DNA of 64,000 nucleotides from Octopus bimaculoides (lineage: Eukaryota): NCBI RefSeq assembly GCF_001194135.2, contig NC_068995.1, positions 28,887,873-28,951,872 on the forward strand, in the 5' to 3' direction. Numbering within the stretch: the first letter of the stretch is position 1; the number at the start of each line of letters is the position of its first letter. The notes under the pieces were generated by a model that ran no database searches, had not been told where the DNA came from, and was given only the letters and a program-made list of their open reading frames with translations. The translations under genes were made by a program, and so were the position numbers. Below are positions 12,694 through 25,523 of this stretch, one piece after another.

Positions 12694-12785
12694 GAGACGC
12701 ATGGTTAGAAACTTTGCTTTGCAGCCACGTGGTTCCGAGTTCGACTCTATTGCATGGCACCTTGAGCAAATGTCCTACAACTGTA
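12694..12785 (+). mobile_element. SINE family A, 5' fragment
   Basis: gacgcatgg...ggttccgagttcgactc...ggcaccttgagcaaatgtc, followed by a microsatellite. Confidence 0.6.
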
Positions 12786-12945
12786 GTGAAAGTTTGTGTA
12801 TGTTGTGCGCGCGCGTGTGTGCACATACACACAAATAAGCATACATACATACACGAACACATTCATATATATATATACACACACACATACATATGTATAC
12901 GTATGTGTTTAAGTGTGTGAGTGTATGTGCCTTTGGAATCCTGCA

Positions 12946-12978
<33 letters not shown>

Positions 12979-13088
12979 TTACTTAAGTTCACTTTACAAA
13001 CACATAATTCATGTTCGGATTTTAGGTTTGAGAGTGATATGCGACAGTAAGATTTAAAAATTTTGCCTGGTCTTTTTATACCCAGTGT

Positions 13089-13280
13089 TGGGCAAAATGC
13101 TTTGTGTTCCTATTTCTGGCTCTCTGTGTTCTGAGTTCATATCCTGCCGAGCTAAACTTTACTACTCATCCTCTAGGGTCGATAAATTAAAATTCCAGTC
13201 CAGTACTGAAAAAGATGGAAGCGTATAATCTCTTCCCTTCAAAAATTTCTAGCTTTGTGCCTAAATTAGAAAGAATTATT
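13089..13280 (+). mobile_element. SINE family B, diverged copy
   Basis: ggcaaaatgct...gttctgagttcatatcctgccgag...catcctctagggtcgataaa...ttgtgcctaaattagaaag. Confidence 0.7.
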
Positions 13281-13780
13281 TTGTCTAAGGAGGGAAATCT
13301 ATTTGTTGTGTTCCTACTTTTCCCTTCCTATTTGTCTGACTCCTTTCCACTCTCCCTCCCCACTTTCTCTTCGAATCATTCCTGCCGAATTCCGTAAATA
13401 CATACGGCTATTTATCTCACAGATGTTAGCTATTTACTAAGTTCTAAGATCAGCAAGAAACATACGAGAAAAAAATAGACGAAAACAATTTACGAAATAA
13501 TTTAGCACGCAACTATATAAAAGTTCAGCGTAATCATTAATGGTAAAAAATTATAAAATAAAATTAAAATATACAACTTATTTGCCTCCCATATAATGCA
13601 GTTATAGGCAGATTTGATAACCTATTTTATTTCTCCGTTCTTGACTTGCCGTGAAACGTTCCTCCTAATGCAAAATAATTCAAATTTGTCTATTATCCGT
13701 GTTTATAAAAGTTTCCAGTGAACGTTTTCTTAAGTATTTAAAAATTCACCAGAAATTGAATAATTATTTATATAGTTCAT

Positions 13781-14185
13781 AGGCACAGGAGTGGGTCTGT
13801 AGCTTGTTTACCAACCACATGGTCCCGGGTTCAGTCCCACTGCGTGGCACCTTGGGCAAGTGTCTTCTACTATAGCCTCGGGCCGACCAAAGACTTGTGA
13901 GTGGATTTGGTAGACGGAAACTGAAAGAAGCCCGTCGTATATATGTATAAACATGTGTGTGTGTGTGTGTATGTTTGTGTCTGTGTTTGTCCCCCCAACA
14001 TCACTTGACAACCAATGCTGGTGCGTTTAAGTCCCTGTAACTTAGCTGTTCGGCAAAAAGACCGATAGAATAAGTACTAGGCTTACAAAGAATAAGTCCT
14101 AGGGTCGATTTTATCGACTAAAGGTGGTGCTCCAGCATGGCCGCAGTCAAATGACTGAAACAAGAAAAAGAATAAAAAATAGTAA
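13781..14185 (+). mobile_element. SINE family A, full length
   Basis: aggcacaggagtgg head, B-box-like ggttcagtccc, ccttgggcaagtgtctt core, internal TA/TG tract and ggtgctccagcatggccgcagtcaaatgactgaaacaag tail. Confidence 0.92.
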
Positions 14186-14596
14186 AAACAATTTGAATCA
14201 TTTTTGTTGATGTATCTTCGAGCCAAATATAGCAGTGCAACAATGCAATTTATAAAAGTGCAATTTACAAAGTTTTACAAAACAATTTACAAAATCAGCC
14301 TTTAGGTATCTGGTGGAGGGAATACTACGAACTACTGGGGCTAGAGAGCATGGAATCATATTACATATTTAGAAAACATCATTTTTTTTCTTTCTCTGAC
14401 CTGGATAACGGCTCTCTATTTCAAAGATTAAGGTCATCAATGACCTATGGAGGTCCGAAGTACTTAAACCAAAATACCAACGGAATTCTGTCTTCGAATA
14501 TTTCAACTTTTAAGAGCAATTAAAGGCTTTACTAGAATATTAGAGCAGATGAAAATGCTGTATCAACGATTACTATATTACATTGAGCACTATATT

Positions 14597-14790
14597 GGTT
14601 TCAAATTTTGGCAAAAGGCCAGCAATTTTGGGGGAGGGTCAAGTCAATTACATTGACTCCAGTGCTCAAATGATACTTATTTTATCCACCCTGAAAGGAT
14701 GAAAGGCAAAGTCGACCCCGCTGGAATTTAAACTCAGAACGTAAAAACGGACGAAATGCCGCTAAGCATTATAAACGGCGCACTTACGAC
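14597..14790 (-). mobile_element. SINE family B
   Basis: Collinear with 11660-11860 and 44884-45090. Confidence 0.88.
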
Positions 14791-15354
14791 CAAACTCAGT
14801 GTATTGTAGTAGAATAGCATATACAAAAACACGAAGATGATCTCATCAAACAAAAAACCACAAGCCAGATAGCTGCAAAATGAGCAAATTAAATAAATCT
14901 ATAAATTTATAAGCAAAAGAAAGATTTATACTTCATGGCTCTAACTTTGGACTTACAAATACCATGCTTTCTCGTCGAGCGACAATGCACATACAATAAA
15001 GAATCAATAAGCCTTGAAATTGTACTGCTTTGTTTAGAACACCATCCTCCTAATCAAGGAAGTTGTATTGATCTCAAAATATAATACAAAAACAACTCAC
15101 AGACCATGACTAAACTATTTCATGAATTCAAATGAAAAGGAAACAAAAAAAATTCTGACGCGATAATGAATGTGGAACTAGCATATTCTTCATAATACTT
15201 ATTCATGAAATATCCATAACGACTAAACACGAAAATCATTTCTTCTAGAAGAGTAGAAAAGTTGTCGTTGTCCCAAATAAAAGCTGATTCGTATATATAT
15301 TTAAAATCCATGGTAAGATAATTAAAAATTTAAAGCATTACGCATACATATCAG

Positions 15355-15590
15355 CAGGGCCGGTGCTAGGAAGTGCGAGGCCGAATTAGAGAATTGTCAG
15401 TGGGGTCTCTACTCTGGAGAAGCTGAAGATCGACGTTTTATGCTTCGTGTAGTACCCCGATCCCAGCCAAAATGCGTTGAGGGCTTGAGGCTCCACCGTC
15501 AGCCACAATGATATACTAAAACTTCCGTTCGAGCGTGTTTAGGGGGCCTAATTTGAACAAATCTGTCCAATTGGCTTAAAACTGGCCCTG
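15355..15590. mobile_element. GC-rich MITE with cagggcc terminal inverted repeats
   Basis: Begins cagggccggt and ends actggccctg. The flanks atatcag and ataacag form a 6/7 target-site duplication. Confidence 0.7.
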
Positions 15591-15737
15591 ATAACAGAGA
15601 TGTGCTCTGTGAATCCAGAAAATTAGGCAGTGCATACCCGGAATATAATTGTAAATATTGAAATATTTCATACAAGAAGTAAATGTTTTCAACTCATTAA
15701 GATAATTCTGAATGAATGTCTGAAATTCTACGTATAA

Positions 15738-16650
15738 TTCCTTGAAAGGGAGGGCGGAGGTCGCAGAAGTGTTTATGGCTTCTGTGATTACCTACTGCCT
15801 GACCGTTGTACCTTGCCCCCTTTCGTGGCTGACCAAGCTGGAGCGTCTACCCTTTCACTTTTTGTAGAGGGGTAGAGCTCCTCTTGTAAGGTGCTCTGTT
15901 TGCTGTCACCACCCGCTAAAGGGTGGGCTAGGGATGCCTTGTCTGTTGATGCGCATACATGCGCTGAGGCTAAGGCATCTGTGGCCCTACCTGGATGGTG
16001 AACAGGTACGGTCTCCGTTCGCTTGGTCGTTACTTCCTAAGTCTACTAATTTGAGTGAATTAGGACCTTAGATCAAGAGAATTAGGACCTTGGATCAAGT
16101 GAATTAGGACCTTGGATCAAGTGTAGTCGATTATAAAGATTGTTGCTCCTTCCTCTTTTAACAAAGAAGGCAAGGCTAGTTTTCTCGCTGTGGTTGCTAT
16201 AGCGAAAGAAGTAACATGGAAGGCCTGCGTGAAAGGAATCGTGACAGGCATCTTCATGTCCAGCCTTGGACTGGTCCATTTTCTTCATTTACCACCTTAA
16301 GAGAAAAATAATGGTGGAGAGAAAATGTCTGTCGCTTGATGCATATGGAAAAAGATGGAAGGCTGTGGCGAATTTGTTGAGAATGAATGAACCCGCATAG
16401 TGTATACATAAGTTTATACTAAAAGTTACAGTGGTGACATGGGGCTTGCGGAGTCGAAGCAAAACCTATCCTCCACTTCACTGTATGCGTATTTGTTTGT
16501 TTATCATTGTCCATTATCCGCTCTATCTAAATTTTTAACCCTTCATCTCTTTGTAAAATCATTCGAACTATCGCTCCCTCCCTTACCTGTATCGTCCCCT
16601 CTGTTTGCCCCCCACCCCGGTGGGCAAAGAGAAATTGATGTAATTTACCA
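15738..16650 (+). mobile_element. Tx1/L1-group LINE, 3' part of ORF2 with internal deletion and 3' UTR
   Basis: Translation gives SLKGRAEVAEVFMASVITYCLTVVPCP..KLERL..FL*RGR.P.VR...HPLKGGLGMP.L..RIHALRLRHL. After the tandem repeat it gives AIAKEVTWKACVKGI and FFIYHLKRKIMVERKCLS...KRW, ending at a stop near 16420. Confidence 0.8.
16055..16123. repeat. 22-bp tandem repeat, 3 copies
   Basis: gtgaattaggacctt(a/g)gatcaa at 16055, 16077 and 16099. Confidence 0.95.
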
Positions 16651-17265
16651 ATGATGACATCATCCTGACGAAAGGGACATTGCATATATGACGTATTTAA
16701 TTTTTTAATCATAACCTGAAACGGCCATAAATGGATCCTTTTTATTTATATATTTTTAACCTTGAAATTTAGTCATCACTTGTTTTAGAATTTTGACTTC
16801 GAACATCTTTTTATCTCGTAATTTCTATCTTATAATTTATATGCATAGGTGATTTTTAGACGATTTATGCTGTTTGCCATTTTAAAATTGACGTTTTTAT
16901 TCCTAAATTTATCAACCTCTCGTTCGTTGTGAACCTATATTTATCACGCATAACTCCTAACATGTAATGTTTATTTATATGTAATTTTATATATATTTTT
17001 ATGGTTTTATATATCTTCTATATCTTTCTGTATGTTTGGTTTTATATTCTTTATACCCTTGGAGAATCTCTATACTTGTAGATGCATGATCTATGCTGAT
17101 GTGTATAAATATATATACTTCAACTACTTTGATTGAATGATTTCATTTATGCATTCAGGAATCTGCTAGCCTGCATTAAATTTGCGTTTAGAATTTTCAC
17201 TACTCTATATTTTTTCGCATTGACTCATTGTGAACAACCTATATATTTTAAAATATATTAAATAT

Positions 17266-17299
<34 letters not shown>

Positions 17300-18234
17300 A
17301 TAAATTCACACATACAACCATACTAACATGTAAGTGTGTCTGTCAGTGTGTGTGCGTGTGTATGTGTGCGAGTGTATGCGTTTGTGTTGCGACGGTTGCC
17401 ACCTCACATCTTGCTTTTTCAAATTTCAAGTTTCTGATCTTCAGATTGGATATTAAATACACTTTATATCTAATCTGGTGAAATTCGTTTAACGAGATGT
17501 GATATGCCAGGTGTTACAGTCATAAATCACACTTTCCCTCTCGTACTGAATGCGATTTTAATCTTTTTGTCTGTACTTCCGCACTCTGTATACACAGATA
17601 ATATGTGTATGGTGTACGTGTTTATGCCTGTTAACTTATGCGTGTGCCAGTGTTACAAATGTAAGTAACTAATTCTCATTGTCACTTATATTTTTACTTA
17701 AAGATTCATAATCATAAAACATTCTGTTTACAATTTCCTTTATGAATGATTGCGGTCTATCCTGAATATTTTATTGTGACGCATATCTATAAATCTAAAT
17801 TATACGTATATATATATATATAAATCGTACACATATATATAAATCTAAATTATACGTATAATTAATTTATATATTTTATATAGAATGATTAGATAGATAT
17901 ATATTCATATGGAGAATGAAATCATATGTATTTCCTCAAAAGTTTTTTAAACAACTGATATTATATAATTAATGTGTGCATAATTCTGCAAAGCGACTAG
18001 GTGGAAGGCAACTTCAAATCATCATTCTTTGGTTTACAAGACGCTACGTACAATTTCGCACATAATTGATACATAATCAATCATTAATTTAAATTTAATT
18101 AAATTCGAACATATGTTATTACTATTGAAGAAGGTTAGATACACCGTGCATGCATATACAGGACGTAGATATACATATCTATACACATATATTTGTATAT
18201 ATACATAAACACGCACACACACACACATACATTC

Positions 18235-18320
<86 letters not shown>

Positions 18321-18789
18321 AAGTCTCTTTGTTTATTGTATAGGCAGTAGTCAGAAGTGCTTAGATAAAAGACCCAAGACGCGAAAGTATCAAAAATATT
18401 AAGGAGAATTTCAGATCGGTTCAACAATTTAATTATACATATATTGTACCATAGATCAATGCATAGTAGTCTTTTAAATATACCAATGTACTAGTTGTTA
18501 AAATATTAAAGCATAAAAATTCATGAATGCACAAATATATAAAAATCTAATACACATATAAATAGATGAGTGAAATTAGGTTAGAACGGCGTTGTAAAAA
18601 TTATGAAGAATAAAAGTATGTCCTAACAAAAAGGTGGAAAAAGTAAAGTCTTCCAAAGAGTGAATAAAAAAAACATTTATCTAGGATAGGTTATAAAACC
18701 CTAAAAGTGTTTCCGGTTGATAGGTTTTTTTTTTAAAACGGAAAAGTCATAAGAATTCTTAATCAATATTGAAAATCGAACTCCGATTG

Positions 18790-18975
18790 TTAAGTAGTAA
18801 AAGATGGATTAAAACACTAAAAGGACGAAGCGTTCTATATAGAATCATGTCATGGCTAATGTTGTCTATTTATAAGAAAACTACACAAGAATTTGAATTA
18901 AATCTAGTTAAAATAATAGATTTTTATTCTTGAAAACAAATGTTTAACGCAGATGAAACAATTTTATTCTGGAAG
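18790..18975 (+). mobile_element. pogo/Tigger-like transposase fragment
   Basis: SSKRWIKTLKGR (similar to ASxGWFxxFKxR) and QMFNADETILFWK (similar to FNADETGLFWK). Confidence 0.55.
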
Positions 18976-19994
18976 AATGAATCGGTTTCATCAGCCTTAA
19001 ATATTGTGCCAGTAAATTATTCGAAAGCACTCAACTAATGATACACAGTATTATAATTACGCGATTCCATCTTTAGACACTTTGAATAAATTCATAATTT
19101 CTCACCTCTTTGTATATTCTAGAGAGTGAAACAACATAAACTGATTAATATTTACGTCCAGAATTTCGTTCTTTGTTTTGATAACCCGTGTTTGTTGCAA
19201 TGATAGTTTTTTTAAAAAACACTTTTGATGTTTGATTATGGTAGTTGTCATCTTTAACACACTCAATCTTTTTGATATTGAAACAAAGTTGTTGGGTTCT
19301 TATTTTTAGTCTGCTGGGAGTAATTCAGTGAAAGTAGGCTTTGAAATTGACAGAATTTCTCGCCAATGTGATAACCAAAACAAAAGGCACTGATTTTAGT
19401 CAATACAACGAAACTAGAACTGTTAGTGCTTCCAACGTTTTCGAGATGGTTTCTCGGTGCTTACTCCAAATCTACTAAAGTATTTGAAGTAAATAACAGC
19501 AGCTTATCAAACACACGTCGTTGACATGTTGCCTCTACTGCATGTAGTGATGTGGTATATGGAAATCCAATTGGCTTCGTGTTTTAGAAGATTTATGATC
19601 AAAACATTTTCCATCCTAATTCTCTGACTCTTATCTTATATATTAAGGTCTGTATTGTTCAATGTATTTTCTATGATTTAAGACAATAGTATGTGATTTG
19701 AGAGATATCTGTCTGTTATCTTTAGCAGGTCGCTTATCTGCGTTGACGTTTGCTGGCCTAAAACTACTGGTACCAATACAGTGATTTAGCCCACTGTACT
19801 TACTCTACTTCGAGTATTGATATTTCAAAACACTATTCTCAAGTAGTATGCCATGCTTCAACTACAATAAGAGAGGTTTTATTATGAATTTAATGTATGG
19901 CATCTCCTTATAGCATGGAGATTTCTTCAGCTCTGCTCCCCATAAGCACCGAAGTTCATTTCATTGAATAATTTTTGTCTATGATGGCATTTAA

Positions 19995-20559
19995 CCCTTC
20001 GTTGCTCACATGGGGTGTGTTGTCAACCTAAATTTTTTAAATGCTCGTAATTTATAGTTGGCAACTTTCTTTTTGCTTCCTTCCTCTACTCTTCTGACTC
20101 AGTGAGGGTGTGTTGCAGGTGGTGTGGTGCAGTCGTGGCACAGTTGTCGAGGGAGGTAGACGTCGTTTTTGTTTAGTCACCCTATGTGACCAACACTGTT
20201 CAAGCTTTGATTTAATGCATATTGTAACACAAATTGCCTGTTATGTTATTTTTTAATGTTAATGTTCATCATTGATATTAAATTCTACAAAATGATGTAT
20301 TCTGTGGGTATTTTCAAAATAAATGTGATCTGAATCTAAGATTTTTAGTTTTTCCTTAATTTTATAATTTATTTTATTGTATTGTTTTATATTAATATCA
20401 AGGGCTTCAAACGTCTCAGCAGTGATTCCAGATATATTCTGCACCAAAAGAATGAGTATATTTTACATAATACTAAAACTATAAACATTTTTGTATTGGG
20501 GTATGTAAACATCCCATGTGACTAACCATGTTCTGAACGGTCAGGTGACTAACGAAAAG
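19995..20559. mobile_element. piggyBac-like non-autonomous element
   Basis: TTAA at 19991-19994 and 20560-20563. Ends are cccttcgttgctcac and gtgactaacgaaaag (imperfect TIR), with internal (c)atgtgac(t/c)aac repeats. Confidence 0.7.
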
Positions 20560-20933
20560 TTAAATAGAGAAGCATCCGCCATTTCATTTTATCTCAAAAT
20601 TTCCTTTTTTGCTTCTTATCTTCAAATTTACTAACAAAAAACATAGAAGGTGCTCGAACTGTATATTATTGTGATATTGTGTCAAAAGCCGGTCAGGCAC
20701 AAACAGGAATCGAGAGGAAGGACGAAACAAGTGTCAAAAATCAAAGATTAAGGTAAAGGAATACAGTAATATCAAGTACATATACTAAGCTGGGGAATTA
20801 CTATTGTGATACTGTCAGATATAAGAAATATTATTGTTGGTAGAGTCATTACAGCGTCTAACTAAATGACTTCTTATTTCTCATGATCTGAGTTGAAATC
20901 TTACCTTTTATCCCCCCGGGATTTGTTGCTGAG

Positions 20934-21330
20934 AACTGGTAAAATTGGTAGATCGTCAGAAAAAAATGCCTCACGTTATTTGTTCCAACTCTTTGCATTT
21001 CAAGTTCAAATTCCGTTGAGGTGAACTTTGTCTTCCATAATATCGGAATCGATAAAATAAAGCATCAATCAAAGACTAGTTTCGATGATACTGACCTCCT
21101 CCCCTAAAATCTGAAGGTTTTGTTTCTAAATAAGGGACAAAAAAGAGCAGTGGATTGGCAGAATCGTTAGAGTATCATAAAAATGCTTTGTACTATTTTT
21201 GGCATTTTATGTTCAGAGTTCAAAACCCGTTGTGGTCAACTTTTTTCTTCATAACTTTGGGGTTCGATATCATTGGCTAATCCCATTTCCTCAAAATATT
21301 TGATCTTGTGCCTAAATTAGAAACAATTAA
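20934..21330 (+). mobile_element. Two tandem diverged SINE family B copies (20934-21135, 21147-21330)
   Basis: The second head is tggcagaatcgttag. Both have agttcaaa B-box-like motifs and (g/t)cgata segments, and the second ends ttgtgcctaaattagaaac. Confidence 0.65.
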
Positions 21331-23617
21331 AGCTTACTCTGAGTATACGTATTAGGTAAAGGAATATCAGATGAAAGAGGGCCCTTACTTTTTGTGGGAA
21401 ATTTTATGAGGTTTTTTGACTGACTCTAAGCGGCTATCGCTCTTACTAGGAAATTTCATTGAAATTTTACTGTTATTTGTTATTCTATAACATCTTTACA
21501 CGACCTATGTAAACCTGTTACCATATTCGTATATTATTCTTCCGTACTCTCTACATTGTCTTTGAGAGCTTATAGTTAAAAAAGTGCCATCATCATCGTC
21601 GTTTTAGTTAATGGAGTATTCGCTGAATTATACGTTGGATATAAACGCGTAATTTAATTTTTCAGTTGAATCATATTACGTGTCCTACCAGAAGAGCTTT
21701 GTTATTAATTCTTCCAGGGACAATAAAACAAATATCAGTCAAGTACTAGGTTTGATATAATCGAATTCTCAAGAATTTTCCACGTTCTTCTTCTGTTACA
21801 AAATTGCTAAAAGTTATTATTCTGAGGTCCATAAAATATGTATCAGTTAGACCCGCAGTCTAAATCCTCTTCAGCTTTTCCTAAAAGAAATTAGAAACTG
21901 CTTAATGTCGAATCCACATAAATGATAAATAGATTTATGACAGTTTCGACGATTAGTGTTCTAATTCCTTGATCAGTTTCTAAGTGGCTGAGTATTAAAT
22001 GTGTGTATCCTTAAACAACATGATACAATGTGTGACAAGGATGATCTTTGCATTGCAGGTACAATACATCTGGCAAAAAGTTCTCGCCTGTCCAGTTTTA
22101 CTCGTACCTCTTAGGACAATCCGAAGTTGCGGTAAAAGACACATACCTGATGATACGCTATGGGATCGAACCTGGATACTAATCATTACCGTGCAAACTT
22201 GTTAACCACACAACCAAGACCAAACAACTATCGTTATCGTTGTGTTGCTCTTGTTATTGTTTAGTCCTACGCCAGCTTTATCTGAGTACAGCTTATTCAA
22301 AGACGTTCCAAGTGAATCTATGCCGTCTATTTTTTTTTTTCACTCAGTGTGTGTTTAGAAAAATATCCTTCTGTTTTTTTTAAGCTTGTAGAGTGAGATT
22401 TGAAGGAGATGTGGCTGCTATTTCTGAATGGTCATCTTACCATATAGAGGTTATCACATTCATTCGTCTGTTCTCATTATTTATTGTAATACGAATAAGT
22501 CACACGTACCATTAGGAACACCAGCGCTTAGAAACTGATGTTGGTGAGGTCCCACATTTATTTCTATGTATGAACTATTGAACTACGCTTAGTAAATTGT
22601 AACTATGAAGCCAATAATTGATAAATAACAGTGGATACATGTATGATTTTTGTACGAATGTGCATATTAATATCCTATGATACCATAAAAAACCATGCAC
22701 TTGTGTTATTATTGTTGTCGTTTAGCCTCAGGACAGTTGTCTTTGAGTAAAAATTTTATCAGAGGTATCCCACCTGATTGACTATTCTGTATTTTTCTTA
22801 AATTTAAGCATAAAATATCTACTAAATACCAAGTCTGGTCTTCCTTTTATAACACTGCAAATCGAATAACCAAGTAAAGTTTCCTTTGTCTCTGTATGTA
22901 AAATGTATCAAATTGTGTAGACAGTATCTATTCAGATGGAACATTGTTAAATTTTAATAATCAAATATATTTCAAACTGTCGTCTAAGTGGTGCTTAAAT
23001 GAACAATATCAATATCCATTTAAGCTTTCCATATGGTAGAAATAACTACCAAAATTCATTCTATTCACACTACACTGTCCTAAAAGGGGAAAGGATACAT
23101 TCGATTATTAAATAAAGTTGTCCTAGGTACCACTAAAAAAAAGGGGTGATCCTGGCTGGAACGGTTTTATGCCTACGCGATCAGAGTTAACTGAAAGCTA
23201 ATCAACAGCAACGACGTCGACAACTGTAACGACATCCGCTCCAACAAAATAGCGATACGAAGATTATGATAGGGAATTCAATTAAAGAAGTATTTCACGT
23301 GAAAATGTAAGCAATTTCGCCTGAAAGATAACTGGAAAATCGACATGACAATGAAACTGAAGCCAAAACATATTCAGATCTGTTTAGTTCTGTTTTAGTA
23401 AATAGCATACGATATTGTGTGCAGCGAAGCAAGTAACAATGTGACAGGTACAACTAGTAAAAGAGGGAAATAAAGGAAGAAAAGATTGAAACGGTTACAG
23501 GCAATGAGTGAGAGAGAGAGAGAGAGAGATCGAAAATCAGCAGCAACCGTTTAATGAAAGGAGAAAAATTGGGGGATTTAGAGAGAGAGACGCAGATTAG
23601 AGAGATAGAGAGAGGGA

Positions 23618-23686
23618 GAAGAAGAAGAAGAAGAAGAAGAAGAAGAAGAAGAAGAAGAAGAAGAAGAAGAAGAAGAAGAAGAAGAA
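23618..23686. repeat. (GAA)n microsatellite within a polypurine tract
   Basis: Direct reading; it explains the poly-R and poly-L ORFs. Confidence 0.97.
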
Positions 23687-24684
23687 CTACATTAAAAGTC
23701 AGAGAACGAATGAAGAGGGAGAAAGGAGAAGCAAGAAGAGAAATGAGATAACATTGAAAATCAGAGAGAAAAGAAGTAGGGTAAGAGAAAAGGGATGAAG
23801 AGAATAACAAACAGACAGGGAATGAAGTATATATATNNNNNNNNNNNNNNNNNNNNNNNNNNNNNNNNNNNNNNNNNNNNNNNNNNNNNNNNNNNNNNNN
23901 NNNNNNNNNNNNNNNNNNNNNNNNNNNNNNNNNNNNNNNNNNNNNNNNNNNNNNNNNNNNNNNNNNNNNNNNNNNNNNNNNNNNNNNNNNNNNNNNNNNN
24001 NNNNNNNNNNNNNNNNNNNNNNNNNNNNNNNNNNNNNNNNNNNNNNNNNNNNNNNNNNNNNNNNNNNNNNNNNNNNNNNNNNNNNNNNNNNNNNNNNNNN
24101 NNNNNNNNNNNNNNNNNNNNNNNNNNNNNNNNNNNNNNNNNNNNNNNNNNNNNNNNNNNNNNNNNNNNNNNNNNNNNNNNNNNNNNNNNNNNNNNNNNNN
24201 NNNNNNNNNNNNNNNNNNNNNNNNNNNNNNNNNNNNNNNNNNNNNNNNNNNNNNNNNNNNNNNNNNNNNNNNNNNNNNNNNNNNNNNNNNNNNNNNNNNN
24301 NNNNNNNNNNNNNNNNNNNNNNNNNNNNNNNNNNNNNNNNNNNNNNNNNNNNNNNNNNNNNNNNNNNNNNNNNNNNNNNNNNNNNNNNNNNNNNNNNNNN
24401 NNNNNNNNNNNNNNNNNNNNNNNNNNNNNNNNNNNNNNNNNNNNNNNNNNNNNNNNNNNNNNNNNNNNNNNNNNNNNNNNNNNNNNNNNNNNNNNNNNNN
24501 NNNNNNNNNNNNNNNNNNNNNNNNNNNNNNNNNNNNNNNNNNNNNNNNNNNNNNNNNNNNNNNNNNNNNNNNNNNNNNNNNNNNNNNNNNNNNNNNNNNN
24601 NNNNNNNNNNNNNNNNNNNNNNNNNNNNNNAATTAAAAATCGTATGAGATCATTTCTATGATATGACGTGTAGTGAGAGGGCAC

Positions 24685-24911
24685 TGTCATGTGGGGAATA
24701 AAAAACGGCTCACCTAACTTTCAGTGTCGGTTGTCCAGCTGTGTTAATTCCAAGACGTGCCCTACCCGTCTCGCCTTTCACTTGTAGCTACTGCTAAAGC
24801 CCTGTCTCGCCCTCGCGTCCACACCCATCCGTTCACCACGGCTGCCTCGAAGCCAAAGTGGACCACGTTGGTCTTACCTTATTTTGTCGCTCCCTCTTCC
24901 AAGAGATGACA
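24685..24911 (-). mobile_element. Probable LTR (3' LTR of a Gypsy-like element)
   Basis: 227 bp bounded by tgtcat...atgaca, immediately downstream of a minus-strand integrase. The polypurine tract is poorly preserved. Confidence 0.65.
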
Positions 24912-24950
24912 TGATGCAGCATTCCATCCACAGAGACATTATTTTTCAAA

Positions 24951-25490
24951 TTAACAGCGTTCAGTGTCCCTCTGTTCCACAATATTGTACCAAAATACTG
25001 CTTCCAAAGGTGAGATGCATCCCCTCTCTGCCATGGCCTTGATTGTGCGACGGTGTCTTTTCATGATCCCATTTCCATTCGGTCTGTATGCCGCTCCGAA
25101 GAAGCAGTGCACGTTCCACTTATCGAGCATCTTCTTCAGCATCTCCGAACGAAATGTGGTACCGTTGTCCATCAGCAATTCGTCCACAGGGCGCTGCTTT
25201 AAGAATATCTCGTTCAAGATACGTGCAACCTCATCTGCAGTACCCGTCTTCATTTCCCTCCATATGGCGAACCAACTCGGTCTGCAGTCCACCAACGAGA
25301 GATATGTTCAATCGTTTCCAGTTATGCTCCACTGATATGTTTCCCGGCTCGTGCTCACTCGGAGCAGGGACGAGGGATTGACACCTATCACAGCTCCCTA
25401 CCATCTTTTGAATGCTATGCATAGTGGCGTCGGAGTCAACTCTCATGGTAAGATACGCTCATATGATGCATGACATGCAGTCTCCATAGC
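24951..25490 (-). mobile_element. Gypsy-like integrase fragment
   Basis: CDRCQ (HHCC half), WKRL, DCRPSWFAIW, LLMDNGTTFRS and AYRPNGNGIMKRHRRTIK, with a frameshift. Confidence 0.85.
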
Positions 25491-25523
25491 TTCGAGTCAC
25501 ATAGCATTATCAATGCCACTTAA

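Noticed and set aside
13781-13850. tRNA-like A/B boxes at SINE heads as possible tRNA genes
   Set aside because: No cloverleaf; they continue directly into repeated SINE bodies.
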